Origin: Zootoca vivipara
Taxonomy: Eukaryota
Length of the DNA: 64,000 nt
Assembly: GCF_963506605.1 (NCBI RefSeq)
Contig: NC_083279.1
Span: 35,278,001 to 35,342,000 of the forward strand
Direction of reading: 5' to 3'
Shown piece after piece: positions 1-13,875 of this stretch. Numbering within the stretch: position 1 is the first letter of the stretch; each line of letters opens with the position of its first letter. Position numbers and translations under genes: made by a program. The notes beneath the pieces are model-generated. The model worked only from the letters and a program-made list of their open reading frames with translations. It did not search any database and was not told the origin of the DNA.

Positions 1-560
1 AAGCCTGTTTGCAGCCGCGCCGTTTCCCTGCGCGCTTTCCCCGCCTCCCCTTTGCCCGGGCTCCTCTTCGACCCAACGGGATCCGGAGGGAAGCGGAGGA
101 GGAGCCAAGGCTGTGCAAGGGGGTTTTGCAACTCCCTCCCCTCACCATATGGGAGCGGGCTGGAAACTGTTGTTAGGTATGTGGTTCCTAGGTCAGCGGC
201 ACGCTGGATCCAGCTAGGAGGAAGGAGTTGGGGGGCAGTTTCGGGCGACCATGGAGAACGTGGAGTTCCGAGGCGGTCAGGAGAGGTTCCCGGACAAAGA
301 TCCGAGGCTGAACCCCGCGTTTTTGGACAGCCAAGGGCACCCTCACCAACCTCTGCTGCTGATAGGGGAGCAGAGGGGAGGCGACGCGTACAAGCTGGTG
401 GAAGTGCAACTGAGCGGCGGGGCTCCCTGGGGATTCACGTTGAAAGGAGGAAGAGAACATGGAGAGCCTCTCATCATCACCAAGGTAAGGTTACGCGCGC
501 GTGTATTTCCCTGCGTAGGTGATCCAAGGGGTGCCGCACAGTGTGATGGGGTGGGTGAGG
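1..560 (+). promoter_or_regulatory. CpG-rich promoter/5' region around SHROOM2 exon 1
   Basis: GC- and CpG-rich, with a GC-box-like CCCCGCCTCCCC near 38-50, in contrast to the AT-rich, CpG-poor intron that follows. The TSS cannot be located from sequence alone. Confidence 0.6.
251..484 (+). CDS. SHROOM2: SHROOM2 coding exon 1 (N-terminus and start of PDZ domain)
   Basis: Kozak ACCATGG at 251. Encodes MENVEFRGG...[30 protein letters not shown], matching the SHROOM2 PDZ N-terminal half as recalled. Donor AAG|GTAAGG at 484/485, phase 0 (78 codons). Confidence 0.93.
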
Positions 561-2896
561 GGATTCCCAGCCTCTTTTGTTTATGTCAGGATGTGGCCGG
601 TTGAGTATTGTAATCCTACCGATTTCCAGAGTTTTCTGCCCCCCTGGCCGAGCAGTTTGCTTTGCACATACAAATGGCAATAGTTTTTCTTTCCTTTTCT
701 GGAAGCACTTTTTACTACGGTAAGTGGTCGCTTCGATTCACCTCAACAGGGGACTCTTGCGATGTTGTTGAATTCTTCTTCACTTTGGTCTTAGTGACAT
801 TGGAGTGCGTACTCCAGCCGCCACTCATTGAGGGTTGCTTTCAAATATGCTTGAAAATGCCCGGTTGGCTTTGTTCTCTTGGCTGTAATTGCTATAATGT
901 GGTTTTGCCGTTTGTTTTTGGTCACATTTTCAGTTTTAGCATACTCACTGGTAGTCCCATTGATTTCATGGTCAATTCCATTATGGATGGAAGCTTCAGG
1001 CAGCAATCCTAGGAACACTTTCCTGAGAGTAAACCCTATTCAACACAGTGGGGCTTACCTCTGAGTAAGTGCACTGTAGAGTTCACATACAACCTTTTAA
1101 TCCAGAATAGCATTCCAGGTTAATTAATGTGTTATCACACAATCACCAAATCGGAATTCATAGTATACTCAGCCATTGCACTAACTGGAGAAAAGTACAC
1201 TTCTTGTTATGAGTACAAAAAGATGATTCAAGGACAGTAAGTGATCTTATTTGCCTATTTTAATTTCCTGAATGGTCACACAATACCACTCAATTAAGAA
1301 TGGCTAGTTGTTCCTCATAGAAGTGGTACAGTTTCCTCCTTTTTATCCTCATATAACTGCATGTCTCTTCACTATCATTTCTCCTGTGCTGAATGAACAA
1401 CCTTTAACTACAGATTGGATTGCTCTAAACTGCCCAGGTCAAGATAATTTCTTAACTTTCCAGTTGTTGTGGCTTATTCCCTAATGGCCTAGGGTGGAGG
1501 GAGAACTATCAAAGCTTTTTGCAGCTCTTTCTTGCTTATGTCATTGTTGCAGCTGAATACTGGATTGGATTCTTTAGCTGTGTTTGGTCAGAAAGATCCT
1601 CCTCCATTTCCCAAAAGCCATTCACAAGGCCATATGTGATAAAAGGTCAGACCCACTTGCATGTTACCTGCGCAGCTGAAAAGCAAACATCAGACTTTCT
1701 TAGGCAGGTTATTTCACTTTATTTTTCCTCTCCTTCCAGAAGGGCATGTCTTTCAGTATTGCCACTCAGTGTTAAAACATGTGTTGTTCAAATGATCATG
1801 GTTTTCAGTTGTTTGCCAAACTTTTATCCAAACTCAAACCCCTGATCTGCTCTGTGCAAAATTAGTTTTGTTTCTGGATCAGTGTACTTTCTTATAATTT
1901 AAAAAAACAATTGCTTGTCCATCATATTTCTTAAGACCTTGAGAACCAAGGGGGCAGCTGCTTGCTGCTAGATAATGTTTTATGTATTCACTGGTGGAAG
2001 CTGGGCCCCAGTTCATACTAAACAGTTCCTTGGACATAGAAAGCTAGCAGGCTGTGGGAAAGCTAGGCTAAATCCCTTCTTCCTGGCATTCATGTCCAGT
2101 TCAGAGATATTTTGTTAGTGGTGATGTATGAAGAAACTTTCAGTTATGTGAGCCTCTAGCTGCTCTGAAGGAGTACAGGTTTGTGTCTTGTGACGCAATC
2201 TAATCTCCATGGCCACTGTCCCATAATATCAGTGTGGCTCACATCATTTACCTACCTATGTCAGTGTCTGATAATCTTATTATAGGTGGCTGAATACGGA
2301 CAATACAAGGAATTACCAAAGTGTGCATTTAATATCCTGCAAAGTGCTGAGAACATTTGCACCACACCCTTGCTTTTCCAGAATCTTGATTAGGTGTGGA
2401 AACGTGATAAAAATTATTCTCATCCCTTGGCAGGATTGGATTACCAAGGATACATAGACAGTCACATAGACAGACATTTGGGAAATGGCTGCCTTTTGTT
2501 CACTTTGTGTCCTGATCACTGTGAGGACCAGCTGAGAAGATCACTGCTCCCTGCCTTCAACACTTGAAAATGTTCTAGGGACCCCTAGATTGTATTAAAC
2601 GTATACCAGCAGACAGGGGAACCCAAATCAAGGTGTTGTGAGATGCTTGTATTTTCGTTTTCCGAGGCTTTCGCTACTGCTGTTATTCATACTATAACAA
2701 TATATCTGTATTGGATAGAAGTAACTCAATGCTTTAGGAGATTAAAAATAGCCAAAGGTTTTAGAGTTTATTGATAAGTTTGAAGTTGATATATTGTTAA
2801 GTTTTAAGCAAGGACGAAAGCAGAGACTTGAGGCTTGGAATATAATTAATACATGTCTTCAGCATTGGGATAACACATTGGAAGGACTTTTTAAGA

Positions 2897-4025
2897 CAGG
2901 GGTGTCAAACTCAAATTCATCAGGGGCCGCATCAGCAGTTTGGTCACCCTCAAAGGGCTGGTTGTATGTGTAGGACTATGTGTCCACTCTTTATTATCAT
3001 AAATTATTGTCACTGCATTCAATTATTACTGTTTTTTGTAATAATGTAAGTAATAACTAGCTCTGAAAGCAGAAACATAGTCAGAATAATGGCAAGTAGA
3101 TATTCAAATGTACAATTATTGTACAATTTATTGAAAAATGATTTTTGGTAACTGCACTGGGTGGTGGAGGCTCGCTAGGGTTTCATGCAGGACCTTTGCA
3201 GAGCTACTAGTACCTGGAGATGCTGGGGTCCTTCTGCATGCAGGACAGATGTTCTGCCAGTGAGCCACCACCCTTCACCAAAGGGACTAGCTGAGGTTGA
3301 CTCACTGAAGCTGCTCTCCTGGTTCCAGGGTTTAAGGGCCAGAAGTATAAAGCAGCATCCTATGTTTCTGAGGAGAGAGAGAGGGAGAGGGAGGGGAGGG
3401 GAGGAAGGAAGGAAGGAAGGAAGAAAGAAAAGAGGGAGTGGAAGGAAGGAAGGAAGGAAAGAGGGGAGAGAAAGAAGAGTAGGAAATAAGGAAGAGAATA
3501 AAGAAGGAAAGAAAAAGAAAGAGGGAGAGAAGACGGAAAGGGAGAAAGAAGGAAGGAAGTAGAGGGAAAGAAAGAATAAGAATGAGGGAGAGGAAGAAAG
3601 TTGGGAAGGAAGGAAGGAAGGAAGGAAGGAAGGAAGGAAGAGGGAGCAGGAGGGAGAGAGGAAGGAAAGAGGTGAGAGAAAGAAGAGTAGGAAAGAAGGA
3701 ATAAAGAAGGAAAGAAAAAGAAAGAGGGAGAGAAGACAGAGATAAAGAAGGAAGGAGAGGGAAAGAAAGAATAAGAACGAGAGAGAGGAAGAAAGAAAGG
3801 GAAGGGGGGGGTCGCCGCCTTGATTCAGCGCCAGAAAAGAGGGTGAAGGGACCCAGGGGCAAAAAGCATTTCCCCGGCCCCAGCTGTTTGTCGGTGCTTT
3901 GTTGGTGCGGCGCTTCAGCAGCAAGGTCCCACTGCTGGGTCCCGCTGGCTGGGGCGCTCGGCGGGCCACATGACGAGGTCTGGCGGGCCGGATTTGGCCC
4001 CCGGGCCTTGTGTTTGACACCCGTG
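2897..4025. mobile_element. Non-autonomous hAT DNA transposon with internal GA-rich low-complexity tract
   Basis: TIRs CAGGGGTGTCAAAC / GTTTGACACCCGTG (13/14). Perfect 8-bp TSD TTTTAAGA (2889-2896, 4026-4033). Purine tract at ~3370-3805. Confidence 0.85.
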
Positions 4026-5659
4026 TTTTAAGAGATGAGTGATTTTAGTCATTGTTATTTATATTGATGATGAAGATGAAGTAATAGAGTTAAAACTTGT
4101 AGTTTAATCAAGAAATAAAAATACTGCTAGTGTTGAGTATCTGTTGTTGTTCGTGTATGTACTGAGAATCTTACTATTGTATGGTTAGAGATGCTCAGAT
4201 TTTATTAAATGCCTGTGGGGCCCAGGAGAACATTGTTTGTTCTCCTAAGAATATAGAATTGGAGCCAACTAAGTTACCTGCACTTCCTATTGTTTTGAAT
4301 GGAGACTTAATCATGCCAAACTGTTCAGTTGAGTCAAAGTGTAATCTAGGCTGAAATTCTGCACCCAGTTACCTGTGGGTAAGCCTCACTGAGGATTTTG
4401 CACACACTCAATTCCCAATTTTTATATCCTAAGTATGGGCTTAGCGTGGTCAGTATGTGTAACGCTGTGTGTTTCAAGGCAGTTCTTTATCTTTTTTAAA
4501 AGTCCATGCAACTACCCCAGCAAAATTATCCCTCACCTGCAGCAGCAGTGGTTTTTCAAAGATTCACCTGCACAATAATTTCTGGGACCATCGGGATCTA
4601 ATGGTCAAAGTAGACAGGGATGGACTGGTTTGAAATATTGATAAATGCAACCTGCTGTATAGTGCAGGGAAAGGAGGTTTTTGAGCTTACAGCATGGATG
4701 CCACAATCCTGATTCTGCCCCTCCACTCCAGATATTTTCTGTAAGATGCCTGCTAGACTGGCAAATTCCCTGTGTCTTATTCTCCTGGCTGACGCCCCAG
4801 TCTTCCATACACCAGAAAGCTAACGGGTACTTGCCAGACCCTTTTGAGGGACTTAAACACATTCATTTACAAATTTATGTATATTGTGTGTTCCCTGAGA
4901 ATATAGAAATGTCCAATTTTTGGTGGCTGGCCCCATTTTGCTTCCAAACTGATAGGCAGGTTTGCTATGAGAGGGAGTGGTGATAAGGTGGAGAGAGGTG
5001 TAAGGTTTGTTTGCATTCTGTACTTAATTACACCACACACTTTTATGAACTTTTTCTTAGTGCATGGGAAGATAGCAAAGGACAAGATGTAAACAATCTA
5101 TGAGAAGTTTGAAGTGCTAAAAACATTCGACAAGCCCCTCTGTAGCTATTTTAAATATAAGATGGAATAAAACCATGTGTTTGGGTACTGAAATGCTGGG
5201 TGTATAAAATGTTATAGCGGTTTGTTGGAAGGTCAAGCCAAATTCACATTGTTAAACCAAATAATAATAGGGTAGCACAGCCCTTAACTGAGTGACTTGG
5301 CTGGTTCATTTCTGACGTTTATGTAGACATCGAGGACCTTTTCAAACACCCCGTTTTCGAGTGCAAAAGATGTGCACCTGTTAAGTATTTGCTGTATGTA
5401 ATCAGCACATCACTTGAATTTGCACTTCTGGCACTGGCATAGCACATTTCCACAGTACAGTACTGAGTGTGCTATATTTTGTTATTGAGGAGAATAATAT
5501 TTTCTTCTCAGATATTGTACATAGTACTATTGCGACTGCAGTGTAGAATGTGATTGTCAAGTGTACCGCATACTCTTTTTTTTTTTAAAGGAGTAAACTC
5601 ACTAATGATATTGTATGATATAAGATGGGGAAATTCAGTTCAAAAGGGCTGTTGTATTA

Positions 5660-5775
5660 GAATCATAGAATTGTAGGGTTGGAAGGGACTGCAAGGGTCT
5701 TATAGTCTAACCACCTGCAATGCAGGAATCTTTTTGTCCAGTGTGCGGCTTTAACCTACCTACAGAGCTATCCCG
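5660..5775 (-). mobile_element. tRNA-derived SINE with CR1-like tail (degenerate)
   Basis: Reverse-complement similarity to the 33927-34070 element (AGAATCATAGAATTGTAG...GGAAGGG...TGCAATGCAGGAATC). Confidence 0.55.
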
Positions 5776-7009
5776 TTTCAGTGGCTATAAAGCCGGGATG
5801 GGGAACCTGGGACCATCTAGGTGTTGTTGGACTACAGCTCTCATCATCCCTGACTGTTGACCATGTTGGCTAGGGCTGATGAGCATTGGAGCCCAGCATT
5901 ATCTGGAGAGTCACAGGTTCTGCATCCCTGGTATGAAGCAAAAGTATTACGTGGTTCAATTCCTGATTTTGCAACTGCATTATACTGTACTGCCTTTTTT
6001 TTTAAAAAAAAAAACATTCATAGTCCCAAAGTCTGTAAGTCCATCCCTTCCGTCCTTATTTATTTATAACAATTTATATACCACTTACTTTGCACCTGTC
6101 CTCACTTTTGTCTGTGATTCTCTTTGCCCTTCTCCTCAGTGCCTTGCTGGGAATGAGAGGGAAGATGAAAGAATAACCGAGAGGAAAGGGCGCTTTCTCT
6201 TTCTCCCCACACCAGCACCATCACTTTTCCTCTCACTTCTTGGTTGGCAAGTAGTATGCTTGTTTGTGCTCTCCAGGGGGCTAGAGCCAGCCCAGTACCC
6301 ACTGGTTGACAGCTCCTGGTTAAGGTAATAATTTAGCTTTGTCATTCCGCCAAAAAATCCTGACTCAGGAAACAGAAGCAAGCCATTTAAGTTCTTTGAA
6401 TGCTGAACCATGCGTATGTGCTATATTTTACTTGGTCAATGAACTTTTCCCCTTTTCTTTCTGCAAACACGGTGCTCAGAATTTATGAGTACTACAAGGG
6501 CAAGCTTCTTAAAAACATAGAATTCTCACTCATATACAAAACTTAATTTTCCATGTGTTTTTTCCTAAACGGGCAGCAGATGAGTCTAAACATTTGTTCA
6601 AAGATGCTCCGGCAACAAGTCTTTCTGTGAACTGTGCCAACTCTTGTGACTTCAATGGGTATGGCACTTAAAAAACAAAGCAAAACTAAGCCTCATAGCC
6701 AAGTGGCGATGATATTGGGGGGACGGGGGACTAGCAGCTGAAGAGGGAGGGGATAAACCTCTTCTCCTCCCTGTGTAATAAGACTTTGATCAGAATCTAG
6801 GCTCAGCACAGCTGTAATTTAAAAATAAAAATGTGCAGGTGTGTAGTTTCAGCCTTTGACTGAAATATGGCTTAAAAGGAGACTGGTGAAATTCTTAGAG
6901 GATGTCTGTCAGTGGCTTCTAGCCTTAATGCCTATATGTTACTTCTGGGATTGGGCTCAATACCAGTTGCAGACAACCAACACAGTTGGCTTTGTGCCTT
7001 GCTTGTTGG

Positions 7010-7191
7010 CAGGGCCGTCTTAAGTGTATCGGGCACTGTGGCTCGATGATTCCTCCGCCGCTCCTCACGTTCCGCCGGGCAGGGCCAGGCGCACGGAGCC
7101 GCCCGTGCCTCCGCCTCGCCCGCTTCGCTCCCCTCCTGGGCGGGCTCCCTGGCGCACCGCGCCAGTCAGCCCAATGGGAAGGACGGCCCTG
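7010..7191. mobile_element. hAT MITE, GC-rich
   Basis: TIR CAGGGCCGTC / GACGGCCCTG; 8-bp TSD CTTGTTGG (7002-7009, 7192-7199). Confidence 0.85.
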
Positions 7192-8166
7192 CTTGTTGGC
7201 TTCTTAGAAGCACCTAGTTTGCCACTGTGAGAAACAGGATGCTGGGCTTGATAGACCTTAAGTCTTATCCGGCTGGGCAATTCTTACATTGGCAGATCTC
7301 AACGGAACTATTGCCACCTTACATTGTTTTCTTGTTTCTTTCCCTTTTTCTTCAGGGCCCTGTATATTAGATTTCATACATCTAGTAAATAGCATATATA
7401 AAGTTTAAACGATTTTAGTTGTTAGCAGCAGTAAGGATTTACTTGATAAAAAAATACTGGGGGTTTGCAGAAAATGATGGCGCTGGAACTGGCTTTGTTA
7501 CATGCACTCAAGTTATCTCTTGGAAGACCCTTTGTTCAAGCAACTCTTCTGCACTTTGCCACTACAAGAAAGTGACACAGATAGCCTGTTGCTGGTTCTT
7601 CAGGTGTATGATACAGTTGGCAGCCAACAGTTCCTGGCAGCTGTCCCAGTCTGTCTGCATTTGCTCATCTCCATTCTAGCCAAAGCCATGATGGAGGCAA
7701 TATTGCTCCTCTGAGCATGAGCCAGCTCTGACATCTGTCACAGGACAGGAGTAGCCACCTAAGACCTTGGCAAGGAAGCAGCAAGGATGGCATCAGCTGT
7801 GAAGCAGACATTTTTACGTAGCTGGTCTTTGAAGTGCCCCACACCCATTTAATCAGAATTGCTGACTAATGCTCAAAAAATGTCTCTTTGAATTGTGGCA
7901 GGAGTTGACTATTGTTCTTTCTGAGGTCTAATTGGTTCCTGCAGATCAGAGCATCAAAATGAAATAGTGTTACCTTTTGTTCTTTTTTCACTTCTAGGTG
8001 TAAAGGGTGCTTGTCCACAGTATTCCAACAATCTCTTTCCTGAAGGCAAACTATTCTTGTCTACTCTGGCAGTTTTAATCTATGCCTGAGATTAAAAAAG
8101 AAACCTGACTGAGATTGTATTGCACCTGAATTCATGTTCTTTAGCAATATGTTACAACTATTACAC

Positions 8167-8270
8167 CGTATCTAAATAAGTGTGCATGCACACGAAAGGT
8201 CATACCAATGACAAACTTAGTTGGTCTCTAAGGTGCTACTGGAAGGAATTTTTTTATTTTGTTTCGACTT
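8167..8270 (+). mobile_element. Penelope-like element pLTR fragment with degenerate hammerhead core
   Basis: GTATCTAAATAAGTGTGCATGCACACGAAAGGTCATACC...CTTAGTTGGTCTCTAAGGTGCTACTGGA; homologous to 36842-36940. Confidence 0.6.
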
Positions 8271-9116
8271 TTCTGATGGTTTACAGAAGGTCAATATTTA
8301 ATTAGCAGAAGCTGTTCAGTGGTGAAGTTCAGATGCTGATATATTAATGGGTGATCAATTAAAGAAAAAGGATGGCGAAAAACACCCTGTTATTTGAGTT
8401 CTTTCTTTAACTTTTCCAGAAAAGACCCATTCCAGTTTTTCACTAAAAATGACAGCAAACCTAATTGCAATAATTCAGTCACTCAGTAGCTCCTGAGTGG
8501 AGTTCAGGTCAGCTGACTAGCAAACTACATGTAAACATGTTGAAATTGCAGGTAATATTAACTTGATCAAGATAAGCATCCTGATAACATAATGCAAGAC
8601 ATTCACGGTACATATTTGGAACATTCTGATGTATTCCTGTGCAGGTTCTCTTCCGCAGAACCCCATTGTGAAACTGCCTGCAGCAGTAAATTGCAGATGA
8701 GTCATGTTGAGTGAGTCTGGCAAATACTTGGGTGGGGAACTTCTAAGTGAAACTTAATTTCCTTGCAGAAAGTGGGTTTGCTTATTCAATTAGGGGATCC
8801 CTTGTGAATCAGTGCATATGTAGATGCTGTAATAGACTTGTTGTGGCGATGAAAGATGTAATGCTGTTGTCTTCCTGGCAGAATCTAAAACAGTGATATA
8901 TTTTGGTATTCCTAGGCACTGGTGTTGGGTTTCTAAAAACCTGGACACTTAGGCAACTGGGTATTCTCTACGTCTGCTCATAGGTCACTGTTTTTGACAT
9001 TGCTCTCAACAGACCCAAATCTGGTGGTGGTTGGTGCAGGGCAGGCAGTGTTCCTGGGTTCCTTAATAACATGTACAAGGGTCTGTCACAAACCTTTGGG
9101 ATATAATGGGCTAGCC

Positions 9117-9214
9117 CAGTGTTTCCCAGGGTCTTCACCTGTTTTTGGACTACAATTCCTACCATGGGAGTTGTAGTCCAAAAACAGCTGGAGACCCAAG
9201 TCTGGGAAACACTG
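9117..9214. mobile_element. Short palindromic hAT MITE
   Basis: TIR CAGTGTTTCCCA / TGGGAAACACTG; TSD GGCTAGCC / GGCTAGAC (7/8). Confidence 0.75.
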
Positions 9215-11095
9215 GGCTAGACCACTGCTGTAAATCATGAACTGTGGGGATGCATGATGTCATACTTTTTCAACCGTGTCATACTATATGCCATAGTTTT
9301 TCAAATTTAGTATTCTAATGGGGAGAATGGATTCACAAGGTCTCGATATTTATGGGCATCGCCACCAAGAAAATTGCTGGGTGGAAAGTTTGGCCCTTAC
9401 AGCCCATTATAATTTTACAACCATGAGCTATACGTTTCAGACTCCTATTGGGAATATTTCCATAATGTAACATCACCTTTCTATCAAACGGACAGTTGTG
9501 AGAGGTGGAGGTTTAGTGTAAAAACAACAACCGGACTTGTATATGATTAGCATGAAGGAAGCCGCACTGTTTGAGCATAGGCTACAGGACATTGGATAAA
9601 TAAACAGCTGTTGTAGGGATTATTCATTACTGTACTGTTAATGGAAACTCAGGTGCAGAAGTGTGTGATGTTATCTCCATTGGGATCGCCTTCCATGAAT
9701 ACTAATGTGTTGTGTCTGTGTGTAAGCCAGGCGTAAGCAACCTTTTTTCTGCCATAGTTTTCTGCTAAGTGTTTGGCAGGACCAGAGACAAAAATGTCTT
9801 GGTTTAGCTAATCTGGAATACAAACTACCCTTCAGTTTTCACTATGGTTACTTACTTAAAGCCATAAAGCCAGGGAAAAGGTGGTGTGTTTTTTTGTTTT
9901 TTTAAATCAATTTTATTACATTAAATACTGCCCCTTCCAATTGTACATACAAAGAGGAGGAAATAAGGAGAGAAGAAACTCTGATGGGATGGAAGAATGA
10001 GGCAGTTTCAGGAGGTCCATGGGGCTGTGTCAAATGAGGCTAGGGGCTACAGGGAGCTCACCTGTGGGCTCAGCACATTTCAAATAAAAGCAGTTAATGC
10101 AAGCAATGCTCTGTGCATGCTTCGAGTCTTCTAGGTGGAACCTCTTTGCTAAGCAAAGACACTTGAACATTCAACTTTGTGCTAGAACCCAATGTTTCTA
10201 TTGCTTTAAAGTCTCAAATATAGAAACAGAAATGTGTCTCTTCCAGCACAAAACAAAAGCTTTTCCAGTAGTTAGTACAGTATACATTTGTTTCTTATTT
10301 GCATAACTGCTTTGATCTGTTTTTATCAGCAGTGAGCTTGTTGCACAAAAGTTGATATGGTCCAGGGGTGTGTGTGTTTGGAATATTTTTTTTGCCCTTT
10401 CTCCTTTTGCATAATAATTTAAGGTATGTGAGTATTGTCCAGGTTACAACTTGGAAGCCCTACCTGCACTGAAGTACACAGCAGGTGTCTCGTAACAGTA
10501 GGCTGATGAAAATGCAAATATAACAGGCAGGAAACGTTTAACGCTACACTCTGTATTTCTTTGTATTGTGCTAATAGCCTGATGGTGGCTAGGGAATAAA
10601 TCTTGTTAGAATTTGCTGGTGTTTATTGTATCAAATTTCTATCCTATCGTTCCTCCCAAATTATAAGGTGTCATAGCATTTGCCAACATCATGAACCTTA
10701 CTTCCAAGGTAAAGGTTTCCTCCTCCTTAGTGTACTGTATGAGTGTGTCCTGGCCAACATATAATTTTGTTGTGTGTGTAATGTCCGGACATTACCAAAG
10801 AGATGTTCTGTTGTTTTGGGGTGGGGTTGAAAAATATTTGTCACTCTCAAAAAGTACTACCTCTTGATATATAACTTCCAGTTACCGTATTATTGTGTTC
10901 CTTCACCCCAGCAGATGGACATAAAAGGTTACTTGGTCTGACTTACAATATATATATTTTTAAAATACTACAGCACTTGAAGCACCTTAATGCGTGGAAA
11001 TGGGTTATGATCCAGTGCTATTCATACACAGGCTGTTCTCAATAGGAATTATAATACCTAGCTGTGTCTCAATAGGAATTATAATACCCAGCTAC

Positions 11096-11480
11096 TTTAA
11101 ACAAATTCAAATCTCCAGGGCCTGATGAGCTCACCCAAGGATACTAAAGGAGCTTGCAGATGTACCATAATCTCAGAGTCTCTGTCTATAATCTTTTGAG
11201 AATTCTTGGAGAACAGGTAAGGTCCCTGCAGACTGCAGGTGGGCAAATGTTGTCCTCATCTTCAAAAAAAAGGGGGGGAACACCCAGGTAACTACTGACC
11301 AGTGAGCTTGACAGTGATATAAGGAAAAAGGTCCTACAACAGATACCGTAATTAAACAGTTGGTCTGTAAGCACTAAGAAAAGGATGCTGCGATTACTAT
11401 GACCCAGCATGTGTTTCTCAGGACCAAGTAATGCCAGACAAATCTCATTTCTTTTATTTTAAGAGTTACAAGCTTGGTTC
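11096..11480 (+). mobile_element. CR1 LINE ORF2 fragment (degenerate)
   Basis: Broken-frame remnants of KSPGPD..HPRILKELAD, W..ANVV.IFKKG...PGNY.PVSLT and QH.F...K.CQTNLISF, typical of CR1 ORF2. Confidence 0.75.
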
Positions 11481-12190
11481 AGAACTCTAACTTGGTTCAG
11501 AACTCTAATTATGAGCCCCTGAAAAGTGTTGATGTATTGCATAATATGTGTCTGTGTTTAGAAATTAATCTAAATGTGAAATACATATTAAGTTATTGTG
11601 TGACATAAATGGACAGCCATGACATTTGTCCTTATTCTCTAAGGAATAAGTGATACTGCTTTCAAGATCATTGTCCTTAATTTAAATTATGATGATAAAA
11701 GACCACTGTTGGGTAATTTCCCCAGTAGAGTTCAAATGCTAGACATAGTATTTGGAGCTTTGTCAGCCCCATAATTGTGTGGATGAGGGAAAATAGATAT
11801 CAGCAAGATTGGGTCTGTTCCTGGATAAATAATTCATTTCTGAGTGAAGAAAGAGAAAATCTGAGAGGCAAACCAAGAGGTTTAGAACCAGGTAGATAAG
11901 TTCAGTAGGTACCGTAAATAGGAAGCAAGTGTTTTAACACAGACCCTTGAGAGGCAGGGCAGGTATTTGTAAAATGGGCAGGACATATCAGGAGATACTG
12001 GAGTTCAGCTGTTTTATGAAATTAATCCCCTCAGCAGCCTACCATGTTGGTAACTTTCTTTTGCTTCTGCAAATTACACACACACACACACACACACACA
12101 CAATCACATACACATACTTATATATATTTGTTGGCTTTGAAAAAGGTATCCACTATAAAGGGCCTGCTATGGCTTCAGATTCCATTAACT

Positions 12191-12234
<44 letters not shown>

Positions 12235-12423
12235 CAGTGGTACCTCGGTTCACAACCACAATTTGTTCTGGAAGTCTGTACTTAAACTGAAGTGTACTTA
12301 ACCTGAAGCGAACTTTCCCATTGAAAGTAATGGAAAGTGGATTAATCCGTTCCAGATGGGTCCGTGGCGTTCGTAAACAGAAGCGTTCGCAAACAGAGGT
12401 GGTTGTAAACCGAGGTCTGACTG
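12235..12423. mobile_element. Tc1/mariner(pogo)-type MITE inserted in a (TCTA)n tract
   Basis: CAGTGGTACCTCGG...CCGAGGTCTGACTG, flanked by TA. Confidence 0.75.
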
Positions 12424-13447
12424 TATCTATCCAAATTTTGCTTTCCCACTTGTGAAGTGTGGTGTTGAAAAACAAGGCCTTGCTTATTCCAAAGCAGACT
12501 TGGACCCAGGGCCAAATGAAAGAGGGCTGTTTTCCAAAGCACCAAATTGGGGTCTGAATGATGTCTTGTGATTAGTGTGCATCCCTAGTGTGCATTCCCA
12601 AGGCTAGCTCCTGCATTGTTTTCTGTGCCAGCCCTTGAAGACAAAGTGGCCTAGGGTTAGTAGTGGAGAAAGTTGCCTGAGAGGCTCTTAAATTTTCTTC
12701 TCTGGAGACTTTCAAGAACAGGTCGAACATGCTCTGCCAACAGAGATATCTAGTCTCATTATATGAAGTCATATTTAGAGAACATGAATCATGATTCATA
12801 TCAGGGCTTGATCCTTAAATCTTTCTCCAGTCTCTGATGTGGTGGTTGTGTTGTGGAATTGTGTTGTAAGACTTAAATAATATGTTGAGGAAAATATTAT
12901 CTGAATGGGAAATTAAAGCAATTAAATGGTTTATTCAGATATTGCTGCTCGTTTTTATTTTCTGTTTCTCTTGCCCGCCCCCATGTTACATAAGCTATGG
13001 GTTCATTGGGATTACAGTATATCTTCCACAGTTTGATGGCTTTGTTAGTATAATCACTATTAAGATATTTTAATTAACGTTTGTGGTGGTGATAGGAGGT
13101 TTCTAAATTGTTTCACATTTAAATATGGTCTTTTTTAGTCTCTGGTGGTTTTATTTAATTGTATTTAATTCTCTCTTTTTTCTATTTTGTGTTATAAATG
13201 ACCTTGAGGCCATGTGTTAGTCAACATGTAAAGTAGTAAATGATAATAATTGTAGATTCTTCCAGATTCAGAGGACACTCATATTGTTATAATATTTTAA
13301 ACCAACAAGTGCTTTTGTGTGCCCTATCTTTTCTTCTTTATGATAATTTGTCCATCCTGTCTAACATTTTATGAGACATAAAATCCACACGTGACATTTT
13401 CGGCTTAGAATGCTGGAAAATCATGGCCGTAAAAATACTACGCCAGG

Positions 13448-13875
13448 TGTCACGGTGGCCGGAGTGGACTACTTCAGAGTAACGACGCCACGCAGCTCTG
13501 CATTTTATTCTTTTATTGGTGCTGCGTATTTACAGTGCTCAAGTCATTGCTATTTACACGGAGTGATGTGGTCAGTCGGTTTCAGAACCTCCTAATGGCT
13601 TTTGGCGCGTCTTTCTCCAACACAAAAGCTTTGGCAGACCCATCCTCTTGCCCCTCCTCTTCCTGCGTAATTCTGGAGTTGGGGGGATGGGTCTCCCCCC
13701 CTTGCTTGCCCCTTCCTGTCCCACCTGGGACCCTGGCTCCTCTACCTTGCCTGAGCCTCGGACACGACTTCCTGCTTCCCCACTGGAATCGGAACTCTCC
13801 CTGCTTTCCCCTTTGCTCGGGGACGGGCTTGAACTCAGGAGGGGAGGGACTTCGCGATATCCCCTGTCCCTCACA
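13448..13875 (-). repeat. 3' LTR (428 bp)
   Basis: Identical to 18829-19257 except C7 (13695-13701) versus C8. Tandem AATAAA on the - strand at 13504-13517. Confidence 0.97.

Noticed and set aside
485-604. Extension of the 117-aa ORF beyond ITK
   Set aside because: Read-through into the intron past a consensus AG|GTAAGG donor; PDZ homology resumes at 53684.
3175-4020. 281-aa and other ORFs over the GA tract
   Set aside because: Low-complexity repeat translation (F/L/S/P or K/E/G/R) inside a hAT element.
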